NCBI GenBank assembly: GCA_951406725.2
Contig: OX597836.1
Location: 18,290,001-18,354,000, forward strand
DNA length: 64,000 nt
Origin: Octopus vulgaris
Lineage: Eukaryota
Reading direction: 5' to 3'
The notes under the pieces were generated by a model. It was not told where the DNA came from. It worked only from the letters and a program-made list of their open reading frames with translations, and did not search any database. Position numbers and translations under genes: made by a program. Within the stretch, counting starts at the first letter, position 1. Each line of letters begins with the position of its first letter. This document shows positions 13,800 through 29,513 of the stretch, piece after piece.

Positions 13800-15315
13800 G
13801 ATTTAACAGTTACGGAAATTAGGAGGGAACAGGTATGGCAAACAGTTATACGGAAAGGAAGGAAAAGACGGAAGAGCACAAACGATAATCAGAAAAAAAA
13901 ATAGGCAGGTGCGAGAAAATGGAGGAGGGAACGAACAGTAACAACAGCATACTGTGCATAAACCCACCTACACACACACAGGTAACAATAATATCATCTC
14001 CGCCACTATCACCACAACCTCCTCAACCATCACAAACACAACGTAGCCTACATACACAACAGATGGACTGCATTCCACCAAATCATCGTAAACCAGATGT
14101 TATAAATCGCACGGCTATAAGCACAAAAAATAACGAATTAATAGAACGCATCCAGAAACATGGATATTAATGAATCTAATTATTATGTCACACCAACCAC
14201 AAATATACCGGCACACTTTAAAATATTCAAAGCTACTCAAAGAGACTACGAAATTTTGAAATCCAGATATTCTCAGTTTGTAAGGAACTTTCAAAAGGAC
14301 GTCAATATGAGACTATTAGACTTTACAAGGAGCTGTTGGCGAAAAAAATCCACAACCAACGAGAGGGACTGAGTAGGCGCTCCCACTTCCTTAAAAAGCC
14401 TTGGTAAGTAACTCTCTCCTACTTTCACACATTTTCATCGACCAACATGGTATTACTTAGAGTGGGCTTTATAAATGTACGCGGCTTGGGTTCGTCATGG
14501 AAGGAAAGTCGCTGGTTCAATTACTTCGGGTTGCGAAAATTAGACCTAATATCAGCCAGTGAGACCAGGATTTCGAACGGGCGCCTTAGCGTCCATTTTC
14601 GATTACTATGAGATCTTTGCATTGGTTAGTCGACCGGGAATATGGGGTGGCTATGCTGTTCAGAAAAGGCCTGGATCTCAAAATACGGTCAGTCTTACTG
14701 TACCCGACAGATAGGATAGTGGTCCTGGAAGTGAATGATAACGAAGGCAGTGCGTTTTGACTGGTCGCTGTGTACGCACCGACTGGAGCGGGACCGCCGG
14801 ATTTCTCTAGATATTTGGAGGTCTTTCTTGGAACATCTCGCACCTTAGTGTTAGTGGGGGACTGCAATGGAATCTTGGATGCACGTGTGGATTGGGTGGG
14901 GCTAACAAACAGGAAAGGAGAGGGGATCCGCAAGCCTCGCAAACCTGCTCAGTCGTTTCCAATTAGTTGACAGGTTCAAACTGGATTTTGCGAATGCTCC
15001 AGTGTTAAGTGGGAAAGTAGCGTTGGGTCATCCAGATCTTATCTAGATAGCGTAATCTGTAGGTCAACAGATAAGGATAGCATAAATTGTCTACAATTTG
15101 AAGTTGTCAGCTGTACGACCAATAGTGGCATAGCGACCGGCGTGCTGGCAACGAGATTGGTTTTGAACCAATTCTTCAACACCGAACATGAAGGTTGCAT
15201 TGTCAGATCTAGGGCACGTGCTCTAAATAACGAGGGAATGAAAGCAGTTCGATGGATCAGAGTGGCCGAGGCGCAACGTGGCAATAAAACCACAATTCGG
15301 TTGGCCGAATTCTAA
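13800..15315 (+). mobile_element. Degenerate L1/Tx1-like LINE fragment: probable ORF1 end plus ORF2 APE endonuclease and linker
   Basis: From the ATG at 14447, across stops and frameshifts: MVLLRVGFINVRGLG, ISASETR, GVAMLFRK, VYAPTG, LVLVGDCNGILD, SRSYLD and EGCIVRSRARAL. These fit L1-clade endonuclease motifs. The upstream boundary is uncertain. Confidence 0.8.
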
Positions 15316-15589
15316 GTTTGTCGAAAGGTAGGTGAATGTAGCAAGGATGGCACGTGTGAGTGGGCTGCATTTCGATCACGGTGACGTAAGAACTCAGAAC
15401 GTAATGCTTGAATAATCAGTGAAATCTGTTATTCTGTAACACAACTTCCAGATTGCTTTGCAACATCCGCTCTCTCGCTCTCTCTCACCTTCCGTCTCTG
15501 CATGTATATACGTACGTATTTATGTGCACACGCCTTCAGAAACACATATACATTCTCAACGCAGCGATAACTTTCTTTCATCCCCAGTA

Positions 15590-16488
15590 TATCTCCTGAC
15601 TCTCTCTCTCTCTCTCTTTCTCTCTCTTGTTCTCTCTCTCTTTCTCTCTGTCTCTCTCTCTCTTGTTCACTCTCTCTCTTTCTCTCGCTTTATATGAATG
15701 CATTTATGCATGTATGTAAGAATGTATCGCTGTATCTATGTAATGTATGTACGTATTTATATATGTATGTACGTATGTATGTATGTACGTATGTATGTAT
15801 GAATGTATGTATGTATGTATGTATGTATGTATGTATGTATGTATGTACGTATGTATGTATGTATGTATATATGTACGTATGTATGTATGTATCTATGTAT
15901 GTATGTATGTATATGTATGTATGTATGTATGTATGTATATATGTATGTATGTATGTATATATGTATGTATATATGTATGTATGTATGTACGTACGTATTT
16001 ATGTATGTATGTATGTATGTATGTACATATGTACGTATGTATGTATGTATGTATGTACGTATGTATGTACGTATGTATCTATGCATATACGTACACACAC
16101 ACACAGGCATACACACACACACAACCATATATATTTCTCAACACGATCTAAGCAAGTTTATTGCAAAATGGAAAGAAAATTATGCATTTCCGTTCTTTAA
16201 ATCTCACTTTAGAAAACTTACAAATAAATATTCCTGTTTCTCTGTTAAATTTTAATAAGTTTCTTCACAGTTAGAAATTACACGTCTTCTTCACTGTGCC
16301 GACCTACCTGCCTGCCTGCCTGCATGTCTGCCTGCCTGCCTGCATGTCTGCCTGCCTGCCTGTATGTCTGCCTGCCTGCATGCATGTCTGCCTGCCAACC
16401 TTCCTACTTATCTATATGTTTGCATATATGTCTGTCTATCTATTTATCTATTTATCTACCTATTTGCCAATCAGTTGGCTGTCTCTGG

Positions 16489-16520
<32 letters not shown>

Positions 16521-16770
16521 TTCACTCTCTCTCTCTATCTGTTTATCTATCTTTGAAATTCTATCAGTTTTTCTATCTACATTATATGTCTGTCTCTCTG
16601 CCTGTCTATCTATTTCTCTCCTTATGCATCTCCTTTTCCGTCTCCCTGTGTGTCTATCTATCTGTCTATCTATCTATATGGCTGTCCATCTATCTGTCTG
16701 TCTGTGTGTCTATCTGTCTCTTTGTTTATCTGTCTGTCTGTCTATATGCCTACATGTCTATCTATTTTAT
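15590..16770. repeat. (CT), (ATGT), (CCTG), (CTAT/CTGT) microsatellites
   Basis: Direct inspection. Confidence 0.9.
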
Positions 16771-16859
16771 TCCAGGTATGAAACAATGGGTCAATGCGTT
16801 TCCTCAGATTGATGTAATTTTAAGGTAATTCTACCCGGTAGACGTGGCGAGGAGGGCAA

Positions 16860-17030
16860 CATTCCTACTGATCAGAGCGCCAGGTCCAGCACAGAGTTCA
16901 CCCATTTACAGCCGAGTGGACTGGAGCAATAGGGAATGAAGTGTTTCACCTTAAGCAGAACCAATCGCCAGATTGGGAATCGAAACAGGATCTCGAGTGC
17001 AACAATCTAACTCCTTGGCCACGTGCCTTG
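16860..17030 (-). mobile_element. Old tRNA-head SINE with CORE-like body
   Basis: Minus strand reads GGCACGTGGCCAAGGAGTTAG...GTTTCGATTCCC...TGCTCCAGTCCACTCGGCTGTAAATGGGTG. Confidence 0.55.
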
Positions 17031-17109
17031 AAAAACCCCTACACGCGCGCGCGAGCGTGTGTGTATGTGCGTGTGTGTATGTGCGTGTGTGTGTGTTCAA
17101 TGGTAGTCC

Positions 17110-17255
17110 ACACAGTTTCCGTGTACCAAATTCCCTCACAGGGCATTGGTTGACCCGAGACTATATCAAAAGACCCTTGCACAAGGTTCGCTGCAATGGG
17201 ACTGAACCCGAGAACCTGTGGTTGCAATGCGAGGTTCCTCACCTAATGCCTGCAC
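17110..17255 (-). mobile_element. SINE-A 5' half, diverged
   Basis: CAGTTTCCGTGTACCAAATT...GGGACTGAACCCG similar to the reverse complement of SINE-A. Confidence 0.7.
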
Positions 17256-18863
17256 CTAATACAGATTATTCACTCACTACGCTATGATAAACGCCACTGT
17301 TATTTATAACCTGTGATCAAATATAGAAATGTCCCCAAAGAGATTTGGCCAAATAATTTTTAATTAAAGGAAGAACTTTGTATGTGATGTTGACGAGTAT
17401 GTCTCGACTGGATGCCGGGCTGTAGATTGGTCTATATCAGGGAGAATTCCTGTCGCTTTGCGATATTAAATTTCTTAGGTTTTTGAATATCAAATGAGCT
17501 GCTTCTCTGAATTCGTATGCTGCGAGATTCAATGATTAGATATGGTGGAATAATTTCCCTACAGGTTTGAATAGTGAAGAATATTAAGAAACAACTTGTT
17601 GAGAAAACCTCGTATGAATACCACTGATAGATTCATCATTCCGAAGCTGTGACAGCTTTCCCTGAAACCTTACTGCGACGTCGGTATAGAAATGGTTGCC
17701 CGTGTTATGATGGGAAAGAGAGATTAGTTACGAATCCGCGAATCGTTTGTTGAAGAACATGTCGTGCCGGGACAATAGGTTTCAGATTACTACGATGGCA
17801 TCTTTAGATATTTATTACAATGTGGTGTCGTTGTATTAAACCCTTCTCCTAAAAAACAGTGCAAAATAACACGGTACCTTATATGTTTTTATTTGTTTCC
17901 TTCCTTCGACTGCAGCCACTCAGAAACACCGTCTTCAAGGCGAACCCCGTCAGTAATTGTTCTGACGGTTCCTTGTGAGAATGAGAGGTATTTCTGTGAA
18001 AAATCTCAGGGTCGTCGTATTTGCACCATGAAACATCATTTCCATATAGCAATCTGGATATCTTAAGTACTGTGAATATAACTAATAGAAACCCACGATA
18101 GTGCAGTATTCGTCTCTGAAGGTATTTCGTATGCGCATAGTGGAAAAAAAGTACGGAAATCTCAGCAGCAAACGGGAAATGTCCAGCACTGTCGAAATCT
18201 TTTTTTTAAAGAGAGTGAGACGATCAGAACTGATCACTTAAGGGGGCTAATAAAGGGATTGAAATGAATCTAAAACAAGTAATGGTGTTGCATGATTTTT
18301 CGTGAAGAATATTAAACATGGAGTCATCTACTTGCCAAAATAACGGTGGAAGTAATTCCTTTTCAAAACAAACCATTACAAGATAAATCAAAGAGTGACA
18401 AAATACAGCAACGAACCACAAGCGATAAGAATTTTAATTACTCGCTTCACATGAAACCCAATCGTTCTTTGAATATTCTCTAATGGTATCGGTACATGCA
18501 AAGATTACTGACATTATTTCACTTTAGTCTACACAGAATTCCCTGGCAATCGAATTTTCTTCTCCACGAATGCAATCGATACCGATTTTTGATGGATTAA
18601 CTTCTTGCGTTCAGTTTTGACAGTTTCGCTTTATAACCATCGCAGCGTGTATGACGTCTGCGAAGCATGCAAAGTAAAGGACCTAAATTGGACGGTGAGT
18701 CTTTGAAGTAATCCCGACGAATTGCTAAGATCTTTTCTGCAGACGTGTTGCATTGTTAGATTACTCAAAGTAACCATGATAGCAAATCCTCGACCGGTTT
18801 AATGTTGTCAGTCGCTCGAACGTATGCCGTTTTAGAACCCAGCTATTCTCAGTATATGTAAGC

Positions 18864-18933
<70 letters not shown>

Positions 18934-18947
18934 TGTCCGTCCTGGCT

Positions 18948-19056
18948 TCTTTACCGATGAGACGTAGCCTTTGATAGATTGACTTGATTAAGTTTAATTT
19001 AATTTAATTAGGCTGGTTTGCCATTAAAAACGTCGAAACAATGCATTGTCTAAAGA
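18948..19056 (+). ncRNA. Type I hammerhead-ribozyme-like motif with long stem II insertion
   Basis: UCUUUA-CCGAUGA-GACGU-(~64 nt)-ACGUC-GAAAC-AAUGCAUU-GUC-UAAAGA. Stems I, II and III all pair; the core shows U4C. Confidence 0.75.
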
Positions 19057-19289
19057 TGAATAGGGTAAATGTTTTTTAATTTTCCTTTAATTTCTGAATT
19101 ACTACTACTTGGCGGTTTGAGTCCTGGCTGCTCTTTCTAATGGGTTGAATGGCCTATCGAAGCCGTTCCTCAATTGTTGTTGAATTTATATATATAGTCT
19201 CTGACTATTTTCTCTTTCTCACTACACCGCTGGTGGCGAAAAAATTTCTATTGAATCTTTTGCTACCCTATATTGATTAATTGATGATA

Positions 19290-19405
<116 letters not shown>

Positions 19406-19481
19406 TATATACACACACATACATATATACGAACATACACCACATACGTTAATGTATGAGTACATAGGTATGTAGGTGTAT

Positions 19482-19610
19482 GCACGTGGCATAGCTGTTA
19501 GTGTGCTGGGGTCGTGGCTTCGACACTTAGACAGTGGGGCGTTGTGCTTTTGGCCAAAACACTTCGTTTCAAGGTGCTCCACTTCACTGAGCGGTGAACA
19601 GGTAACCCTA
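19482..19610 (+). mobile_element. Degenerate tRNA/CORE-like SINE
   Basis: Resembles the family at 16860-17030 (GCACGTGGC...TTCGA...TGCTCCA...GGTAACCC). Confidence 0.4.
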
Positions 19611-20158
19611 CAACTTATTGGTGTCTCGTTCACCGTAGTCGCACGATCATATACGTACATTTACATGTATACACTAGCAAAAAATCCAATTTTTCTCCTC
19701 ATCTCAAACATGGGCAATTTTTATCGAAATAATCTCGCAGCGAATGCAATTTGATCAGGAGAAAAAATATATTTTTCTTTGAATAGAATTAAGGATAAAA
19801 CCACTTTAATGCTTTTATCAAGTGTGTAGCGTGAAATAAAAAAAAGCCTTATAGACAACTAATTTATAATTTTATAAATAATTATATTAAAGGGTACGGA
19901 TTGACCACAAAAACCATACTAGAAGCAGTTATCGTTGTTGTCTTCAGTACAATACATCAAAGATGTTTTATAACGCTAAGTTTGAAGTCGATTTATAATT
20001 GATCAAAAAGTCGTATTTTTTTATCTGCCTACTTAGAACCCGTGTATAGAGTATTGAAGTGGTTTTAGAGTCGTTTGTCGTCTACTTGTAGTGTGGTAAA
20101 ATCTGGTGTGGTCAAATGAGTTTACGTATATATTTGTGTGTATATGTGTGTGTGTCTG

Positions 20159-20196
<38 letters not shown>

Positions 20197-20199
<3 letters not shown>

Positions 20200-20563
20200 T
20201 TCCGGGTTCAGTCCCACTGCGTGGCACCTTGGGCAAGTGTTTTCTACTGTAGCCCCGGGCCGACCAACGCCTTGTGAGTAGATTTGGTAGACGGAAACTG
20301 AAAGAAGCCCGTCGTATATATGTATATATATGTGTGTGCGTGTATGTTTGTGTGTCTGCGTTTGTCCCATCCAACATCGCTTGACAACCGATGCTGGTGT
20401 GTTTATGTCCCCGTTACTTAGCGGTTCGGCAAAAGAGACCGATAGAATAAGTACTAGGCTTACAAAGAATAAGTCCAGGGATCGAGATGCTCGATTAAAG
20501 GCGGTGCTCCAGCATGGCCACAGACAAATGACTGAAACAAGTAAAAGATAAAACGATAAAAGA
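20197..20563 (+). mobile_element. SINE-A, 5'-truncated
   Basis: High similarity to 24574-24989. Confidence 0.9.
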
Positions 20564-20588
20564 TATATATGTATCATAACTATGAATG

Positions 20589-20740
20589 TATTGGGTCAGC
20601 CCTTAAATAATGCGTATTTTTATACTTCTTTTATCTTTCAAATTTAAGATACACCAAGTTCTTTTTCAACTTAAAATATAATCTCCATACATTTTCTACA
20701 ATGCTTTTCCATCTATCTCGTAGACTTCCAAAATTCACTA
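20589..20740 (-). mobile_element. Mariner 3' end remnant
   Basis: Minus frame SLRDRWKSIVEN followed by a frameshifted GDY-like stretch, then a TIR-like end TATTGGGTCAGCCC. Confidence 0.55.
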
Positions 20741-20769
20741 GGTATATATATATATATAGTTCAAATTCA

Positions 20770-20945
20770 TTGAAAAACAAAGACGAACACAGGTGTAGGA
20801 ACAACAAGCATATATATGAGTTCGGCAATCGGGAAAAATGGAAAAGCATTTTACGCTTCGAACCTAAGCTCTTGGACAGAGAGGAATAAGAGGAATTCGA
20901 AAGAGAGAGTGAAAAAAAAGTGTTCAGTTCAGTGGTCCAATATGG
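20770..20945 (-). mobile_element. Penelope-like terminal repeat remnant
   Basis: Homologous to 23830-24012 and 41730-41835; contains a decayed GAGC..GTTCGAAGCGTAA hammerhead-like motif. Confidence 0.55.
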
Positions 20946-20949
20946 CGAA

Positions 20950-22941
<1,992 letters not shown>

Positions 22942-23439
22942 TGTTACATCATGCACATTCACATGTACAGAGAGAAGGAAATCGAAAGAAAGCTAAAGAG
23001 AGGGAGAGAATTTGAAAATGAGACAGTTGCGAGGAGATGTAGAGAACTAGATAAGATGGACGCATAAACTCGAAGAGGGGAAACGAGAGAGAAAAGGGCG
23101 AGAAAGAGAGAGAGAGAGAGAGAGAGAATAACCAGTAAGAGAGAGAGCGAGAGAGGGGTTTTTGAGGATGTAGAGATGAGCATTGAGAAACACAGACAAC
23201 CAGATACACCGACAAACAGACAGACAAATGTAAGATTTATTCAAACCAGCTGTTACATAATACAGCGATAATCCGGTAACAAGTCTTTTAAAGTCGCACC
23301 TGTGATCTTTATATCGTAAATTCTTCCTCAATTCCCATTCTGCTTACTTCATATTGTCAAAGAAAATCTCATTTCCACAACCATTGTAACTATCTCGCGA
23401 CATTCAATATCCTTATATCCTTCCTCCGTTCTTGTCAAC

Positions 23440-23506
<67 letters not shown>

Positions 23507-23829
23507 TATTATTATTTACATGATCATCGTCATCATCGTCATCATCGTCATCATCGACCTCATTGCTATCATCATCATCACCAACATCGTCATCGTTATT
23601 ATTATCATTATTTATATTATGAAAGATTGCTTCATCGGGCTAAACCGGGTATCGGATGAAACTGAATTGCGGCTTTCTTCCGGTGTTCTAACCCCATCGA
23701 GGTCAACTTTGCTTTTCATACCGCCACCGTCGATGCAATTAAGTACCAGTCAAGAACTGAGGTTGATTGCTAATAGTAGTAATAGTGTTGGTGGTGGTAG
23801 TAGTAGTAGTAGTAGTAGGGAGAGTTTAC

Positions 23830-24012
23830 GAAAAAAACAAAAGACGAAGACAGGTGGTGTACAAAACAAACATATGTTTTAATATAACGCTCAGGAATAG
23901 AAAAAGTCTTTTACGTTTCGAGCCTACGCTCTTCTACAGAAAGGGACACAGAAAAAAACAAGGAGAGAAACAAGGAGAGAAAAAAATGTGTGTAGTGGCT
24001 AACGTTCTATCA
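23830..24012 (-). mobile_element. Penelope-like terminal repeat remnant with a minimal hammerhead-like motif
   Basis: Minus strand reads CTGTAGA-AGAGC-GTAG-GCTC-GAAAC-GTA at ~23912-23939; same family as 41730-41835. Confidence 0.6.
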
Positions 24013-24573
24013 TGGCGATCACCGGAAGTAACTTAAACTATCATCTCCCTGAGGTCGTTAAAATGGTTACGAGCCATATTTTGATTGGTCGTGTTCGGTT
24101 CTAGGTATCGAACACCTCCAAACTATTTACCTCTTCATCACAAACGTTATAATCAACTTCATTGAAAACACTGGCCCCAATGTCATGGCCGCTGCTGGCT
24201 GGCCCCTGTGTGCCAACAACACAGATTAGTTAGCCGGAACAGTTACCTCGTATCTTACCTGACTCCCGAACATTCCGACATTTCTGTCAACCCTTCACCC
24301 TACACTCGTATATTTAGTCATCGATTTTGAGACGATGAATGGCAAAGCTGACCTTGGTGATGTTTCAACTCGAGACTCATAGAACTGGAACAATACTGCT
24401 AGACATTCTATTCTATTCTATTCTATTCTATTCTACTTCCTAACGACTCGACCCATTCGCTGCCCACCATATGCTTAAGTGTAGACTGTCAGAATGACCC
24501 AATATAAGATAAGAACCCAATAAAGTTCGGAAGTTGATTAAGGTTGTTCATTTTTATGGAGGAATATGGCCTA

Positions 24574-24744
24574 GGCGCAGGAGTGGCTGTGTGGTAAGTA
24601 GCTTGCTAACCAACCACATGGTTCCGGGTTCAGTCCCACTGCGTGGCATCCTGGGCAAGTGTCTTCTGCTATAGCCCCGGGCCGACCAATGCCTTGTGAG
24701 TGGATTTGGTAGACGGAAACTGAAAGAAGCCTGTCGTATATATG

Positions 24745-24783
<39 letters not shown>

Positions 24784-24989
24784 TTGTGTGTCCCCCTAGC
24801 ATTGCTTGACAACCGATGCTGGTGTGTTTACGTCCCCGTTACTTAGCGGTTCGGCAAAAGAGACCGATAGAATAAGTACTGGGCTTACAAAGAATAAGTC
24901 CCGGGGTCGATTTGCTCGACTAAAAGCGGTGCTCCAGCATGGCCGCAGTCAACTGACTGAAACAAGTAAAAGAGTAAAGAGAGAGAGAG
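24574..24989 (+). mobile_element. SINE-A, full length (tRNA-like head, CORE-like CCTGGGCAAGT, internal TA/TG tract)
   Basis: A-box-like TGGCTGTGTGG, B-box-like GGTTCAGTCCC and a tail ending CTGAAACAAGTAAAAGAG; more than 8 copies in the window. Confidence 0.92.
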
Positions 24990-25281
24990 TAGTGGTTAGA
25001 GCAGCAGATTCGCAGTCGAGGGATCGCGGGTTCGAATCTCAGACCGGGCGATGTGTGTGTGTTTATGAGCGAAACACCAAAGCTCCACGCGGCTCCGGCA
25101 GAAAGTAATGGCGAACTTCTGCTGACTCTTTCGCCACAAACTTTCTCTCACTCTTTCCTCCTACATCTTGCAGCTCACCTGCGACGGACCGGTGTCCCGT
25201 CCAGGTGGGGAATCTATACGCCAAGGAAACCGGGAAACCGGCCCTTATGAAGCAGGCGTGGCTCGAGAAGGAACAAACAAA
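24990..25281 (+). mobile_element. SINE with a C-type head and an alternative, V-domain-like 3' half
   Basis: Head matches 26964. The 3' half CCTGCGACGGACCGGTGTCCCGTCCAGG...GGCTCGAGAAGGAACAAACAA is unrelated to the C tail. Confidence 0.8.
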
Positions 25282-26383
25282 TATACTTAAGTGTGTTTTT
25301 ATCCACTGTGGCTTTCCTTTGTTAAAACCTTACAATTGGAGGTTTGAGGTTGTTGGCTGCTGTTTCTAGTCTATTGTTCGAGTCTTTGTATAGTATTGAG
25401 AATATAGTGTATCAATACGCTCGTCTATGCTAATATCAATGATAATTGTACTGAGGAGTAAAGTACAGAAATGCCTCTAAAACGAGATCCAACATCATCT
25501 AAAAACAAGGCACATTCAATAATCTAGTCTTTCATACATTATGCGTCAAAAAATAGGTAGGATTGTCACTGGGAGAGCGTCTTTGATCAAAGATTTGCTG
25601 TTTTAACATTGTCTTCGGGTTTAACAAAAGTAGCAACATTTGTTTAGAACAGTAACATAAGAACCAATTAGGAGATTTACATGTAGACATTGGATCTGCT
25701 AGAAATTGCAGCAGGTGTAATGTTAGTCAAACGTTACACCTAGCAACGAAATAAATTCCATGTTTAAAGGAAGCAAAGCTTCAAATTTAATTAGTGGTAA
25801 AATCAATCAGATAAGCTAAATTACTAATTAGAAAGTCGTGTCCTTTCGAGAAAACTTTCTGCAATAATAATAATTGCAAAATACGAAAAGCCAACGAGAG
25901 ACGAAGTACGTCACCTGATGTGTTATCAGACAGAAACGGACATCACTACACTGTACATGGAAGAAACAGCACATTGTGCTTGAGAGAGATTTCCGGATAT
26001 ATTAGCAGAGACACTGAAATGAGAAAGTACTCGGATCTAAGAAAACATACTGAGAAAATATAAAGATACAGTAATCACACTTGGTATAGAGTTCCTGCCC
26101 ACAGATTCATGGAAGCCGACTTTGTGTTCAGTCACCGAATCCGTATACATACGAAAGCCTGGCACGGTCTCAGTAGGAAACATTAGAGGAGTAACAACAT
26201 GTTTTCCTCGGAGTGAAAGACAATACAAAAACAATGTATTAACTATACATTCACCGCAAAGGAGATATAATTCACTGATGGAGACAATATGATGAAATTA
26301 TTTTGAAATTAATTATATATAAACATGCATATATGTGTGTGTTTGTATGTATATATGCGTATATATGCATGTATACGTATGTC

Positions 26384-26467
<84 letters not shown>

Positions 26468-26567
26468 CCTGAATCTAATTTTTCCCTGTAAGTTTGGAGC
26501 CATACTCCCTAATATTTTATATATATATATATGTAAATGTAATATGTGACAATTATTCGGTAGCCAT

Positions 26568-26628
26568 GATAAAACTCCGTGTTTCGGATGCCGAGGTGGA
26601 AATCTACGCCGCCATCTCTTCAGTTATC
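26568..26628 (-). ncRNA. Type I hammerhead-ribozyme-like motif
   Basis: Minus strand reads GAUAA-CUGAAGA-GAUG...CAUC-C-GAAAC-ACGGA-GUU-UUAUC, with one extra C before GAAA. Confidence 0.6.
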
Positions 26629-26963
26629 CGGCCATCGGAGTACGGAAATATATGTATATATGTGTGTGTGTGTGTACGTACGTATATATACATGCATAAA
26701 CTTATATATAGACAGAGGGAAAGAGATGAGAGTAACATATATATATATATATATATATTCATATGAAGGTAGGTATATATAGATAAGTAGGAAGATAAAA
26801 AGGCAGACAGACAGACAGACAGGCAGATAGCTAGATAAAGAGAAAGATGAAAAAAGAGAGAGAGATTTAGATAGATGTAGACACAAAATTGCACGAATGA
26901 GGAACCCATAACAAAAGTAAATGTCAAACCCACAATCCTTCCGTGCCCATATATATATTTATA

Positions 26964-27345
26964 GGAGGCGCAATGGCCCAGTGGTTAAGGCAGCGGACTC
27001 GCGGTCATAGGATCGCGGTTTCGATTGCCAGACCGGGCGTTGTGCGTGTTTATTGAGCGAAAACACTTAAAAGCTCCACGATGCTCCGGCAGGGGATGGT
27101 GGTGATCCCTGGTGTACTCTTTCACCACAACTTTCTCTCACTCTTACTTCCTGTTTCTGTTGTAACTGTATTTCAAAGGGCCGGCCTTGTCACCCTCTGT
27201 GTCACGCTGAATATCCCCGAGAACTACGTTAAGGGTGCACGTGTCTGTGGAGTGCTCAGCCACTTACACGTTAATTTCAGGAGCAGGCTGTTCCGTTGAT
27301 TCGGATCAACCGGAACCCTCATCGTCGTAACCGACGGAGTGCTTC
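26964..27345 (+). mobile_element. SINE-C, full length (tRNA-Arg-like head)
   Basis: GGAGGCGCAATGGCCCAGTGGTTAAGGCAGCGGACTCGCGGTC...GGTTTCGATT; near-identical to 34230-34609. Confidence 0.92.
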
Positions 27346-27787
27346 CTCCTCCATATATATTTATAACCACGGTTCAAACTCCACATCAGCGTGACTACGT
27401 GCACCACAGCACCAGACAACAACCAACAGCACGTACATATTCGTACACACATAGTCTACCCAACACAAGCACTCCCAAAGCAATCGAAAGTAGCCGAAAC
27501 TTTGTATAGAAAGAAAAACGCCAAGCGAACAGTCACGGATAAATTCAGTGAAAAGGTTACAGACGTGAAACAAAAAAAAATCGTTGACAAATCATTTTGC
27601 ATGTATATGTGTGTGCGTGTGTATTCGCGTCTATGTCTATATGTGTGTGTGTATGCGTATGTATGTGTGTGTGTATTTGAATGTATGCGTGAATGTATGT
27701 ATGTATGTTAAATATGTGCATAAGTGTATGTATGTTTATAAATAAATATACATAAATAGAAAAATATCGCTAGATGCATATACATAT

Positions 27788-27885
<98 letters not shown>

Positions 27886-27945
27886 ATGATTGTACAAATA
27901 TATATATATATATACGCACATGTATGCTAATATATATGTGTGTGC

Positions 27946-27983
<38 letters not shown>

Positions 27984-28022
27984 GCATACATATATATAAA
28001 TATGTATATATATATATATTTA

Positions 28023-28070
<48 letters not shown>

Positions 28071-28709
28071 TACACGCAAACACATACGTATATATATACA
28101 TACACATAGGCACAGACACACACTCACACATACAAACATACATACAAGCCGACACAATTACCCATTTATGGTAGTATATACATATATATATATATATCAA
28201 TATGTCTGCACATATGAGTGAGTAGGTTTGGGTGAGATTATGGTATATCTCTCTAAGTCGTTTTAGTTGATTAACTCGGTTTTGTTACCCACTCGAGAGC
28301 CTCAGTCGTCTTATATTGTATACTTCAGCATTTAGTTTTACTCACAGTTATTGTTGTTTTACTACTGTTTTAAATATAAACTTTGCATATATATATATTT
28401 TAAAAGTTTTTGATCAATCAAACGCCAAACAGAAGTCATAAGTTAACTTCTGACAGCATTTGAAGTTACACAGACACGCAAACGCACACAAACATATAGG
28501 GAATGGCATAGATACGTGTGTGTATGTATCACTATTTCTAAGTACGTATTAGTGTGTGTGTGTGTATGTGTGAGTGTATATGTGTAATACATTGCGTTAA
28601 ATGAATTCGCCACAAAAGGCCATACGTTTTGCTATAAACCGCGCTTGGCAAACAAATGATATATCTTGTTCAGGTAACGGAACTTACTAATGTATGGAAA
28701 CGTGTGTGT

Positions 28710-28771
<62 letters not shown>

Positions 28772-29114
28772 GTGTGTGTGTTTGGCGGTGCCCACGTGTA
28801 TGTGTATGTGTGTGCGTGTGTGTGAAAGCAAAGTATCATGTTAAATCGATTCTCTACAAGAAGCCATGTGTTTTACTACATACGCTCTTTCGCCATCGAA
28901 TGAGTTATTCTGTTGAGGTATTGATATATATAATTAGAAATGTGTGGGACACCGACGTTTACACGTGCGTGTGGCCGCGTCTGTTAATGCAATATATTAA
29001 TTTGATTCATTACAAAACACCATACAAGCGTTAGGCAAAAATGTACGTTTTCCTGTGCATGATGATAGATAGTAAGATGATAGTTGTAAGTGGACGGACA
29101 TTCACGATGCATTT

Positions 29115-29328
29115 CATGGGATTGAACTTGCAACCATATGGTTGGGAAGTAAACTCTTTAGCGAACAGCCACGCCTACGCCTATATCTATCTATCTCTTA
29201 TGAGCGTGGCACCTTGAGCAAGTGTCTTCTATTATAGCCCCGGGCCGACCAATTCTTTGTGAGTGGATTTGGTATACGGAAACATAGCGGATCACCTTAA
29301 AAGACTGATATAATAAGTACTAGGCTTA

Positions 29329-29332
<4 letters not shown>
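29115..29332. mobile_element. Two SINE-A pieces in opposite orientation
   Basis: 29115-29183 is the minus-strand head; 29204-29332 is a plus-strand body with an internal deletion. Confidence 0.7.
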
Positions 29333-29401
<69 letters not shown>

Positions 29402-29464
29402 CTGAGCGCCATCGCGTCGATTCGATTCGTTTCGTTTCGTTTCGTTTTTCCTTCTTCTCTAAGC

Positions 29465-29513
<49 letters not shown>

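Noticed and set aside
17300-18850. Unique stretch possibly an ancient LINE or exons
   Set aside because: No recognisable motif in any frame I translated.
26964-27040. tRNA gene
   Set aside because: The tRNA-like head continues into a multicopy SINE body and lacks a proper acceptor stem.
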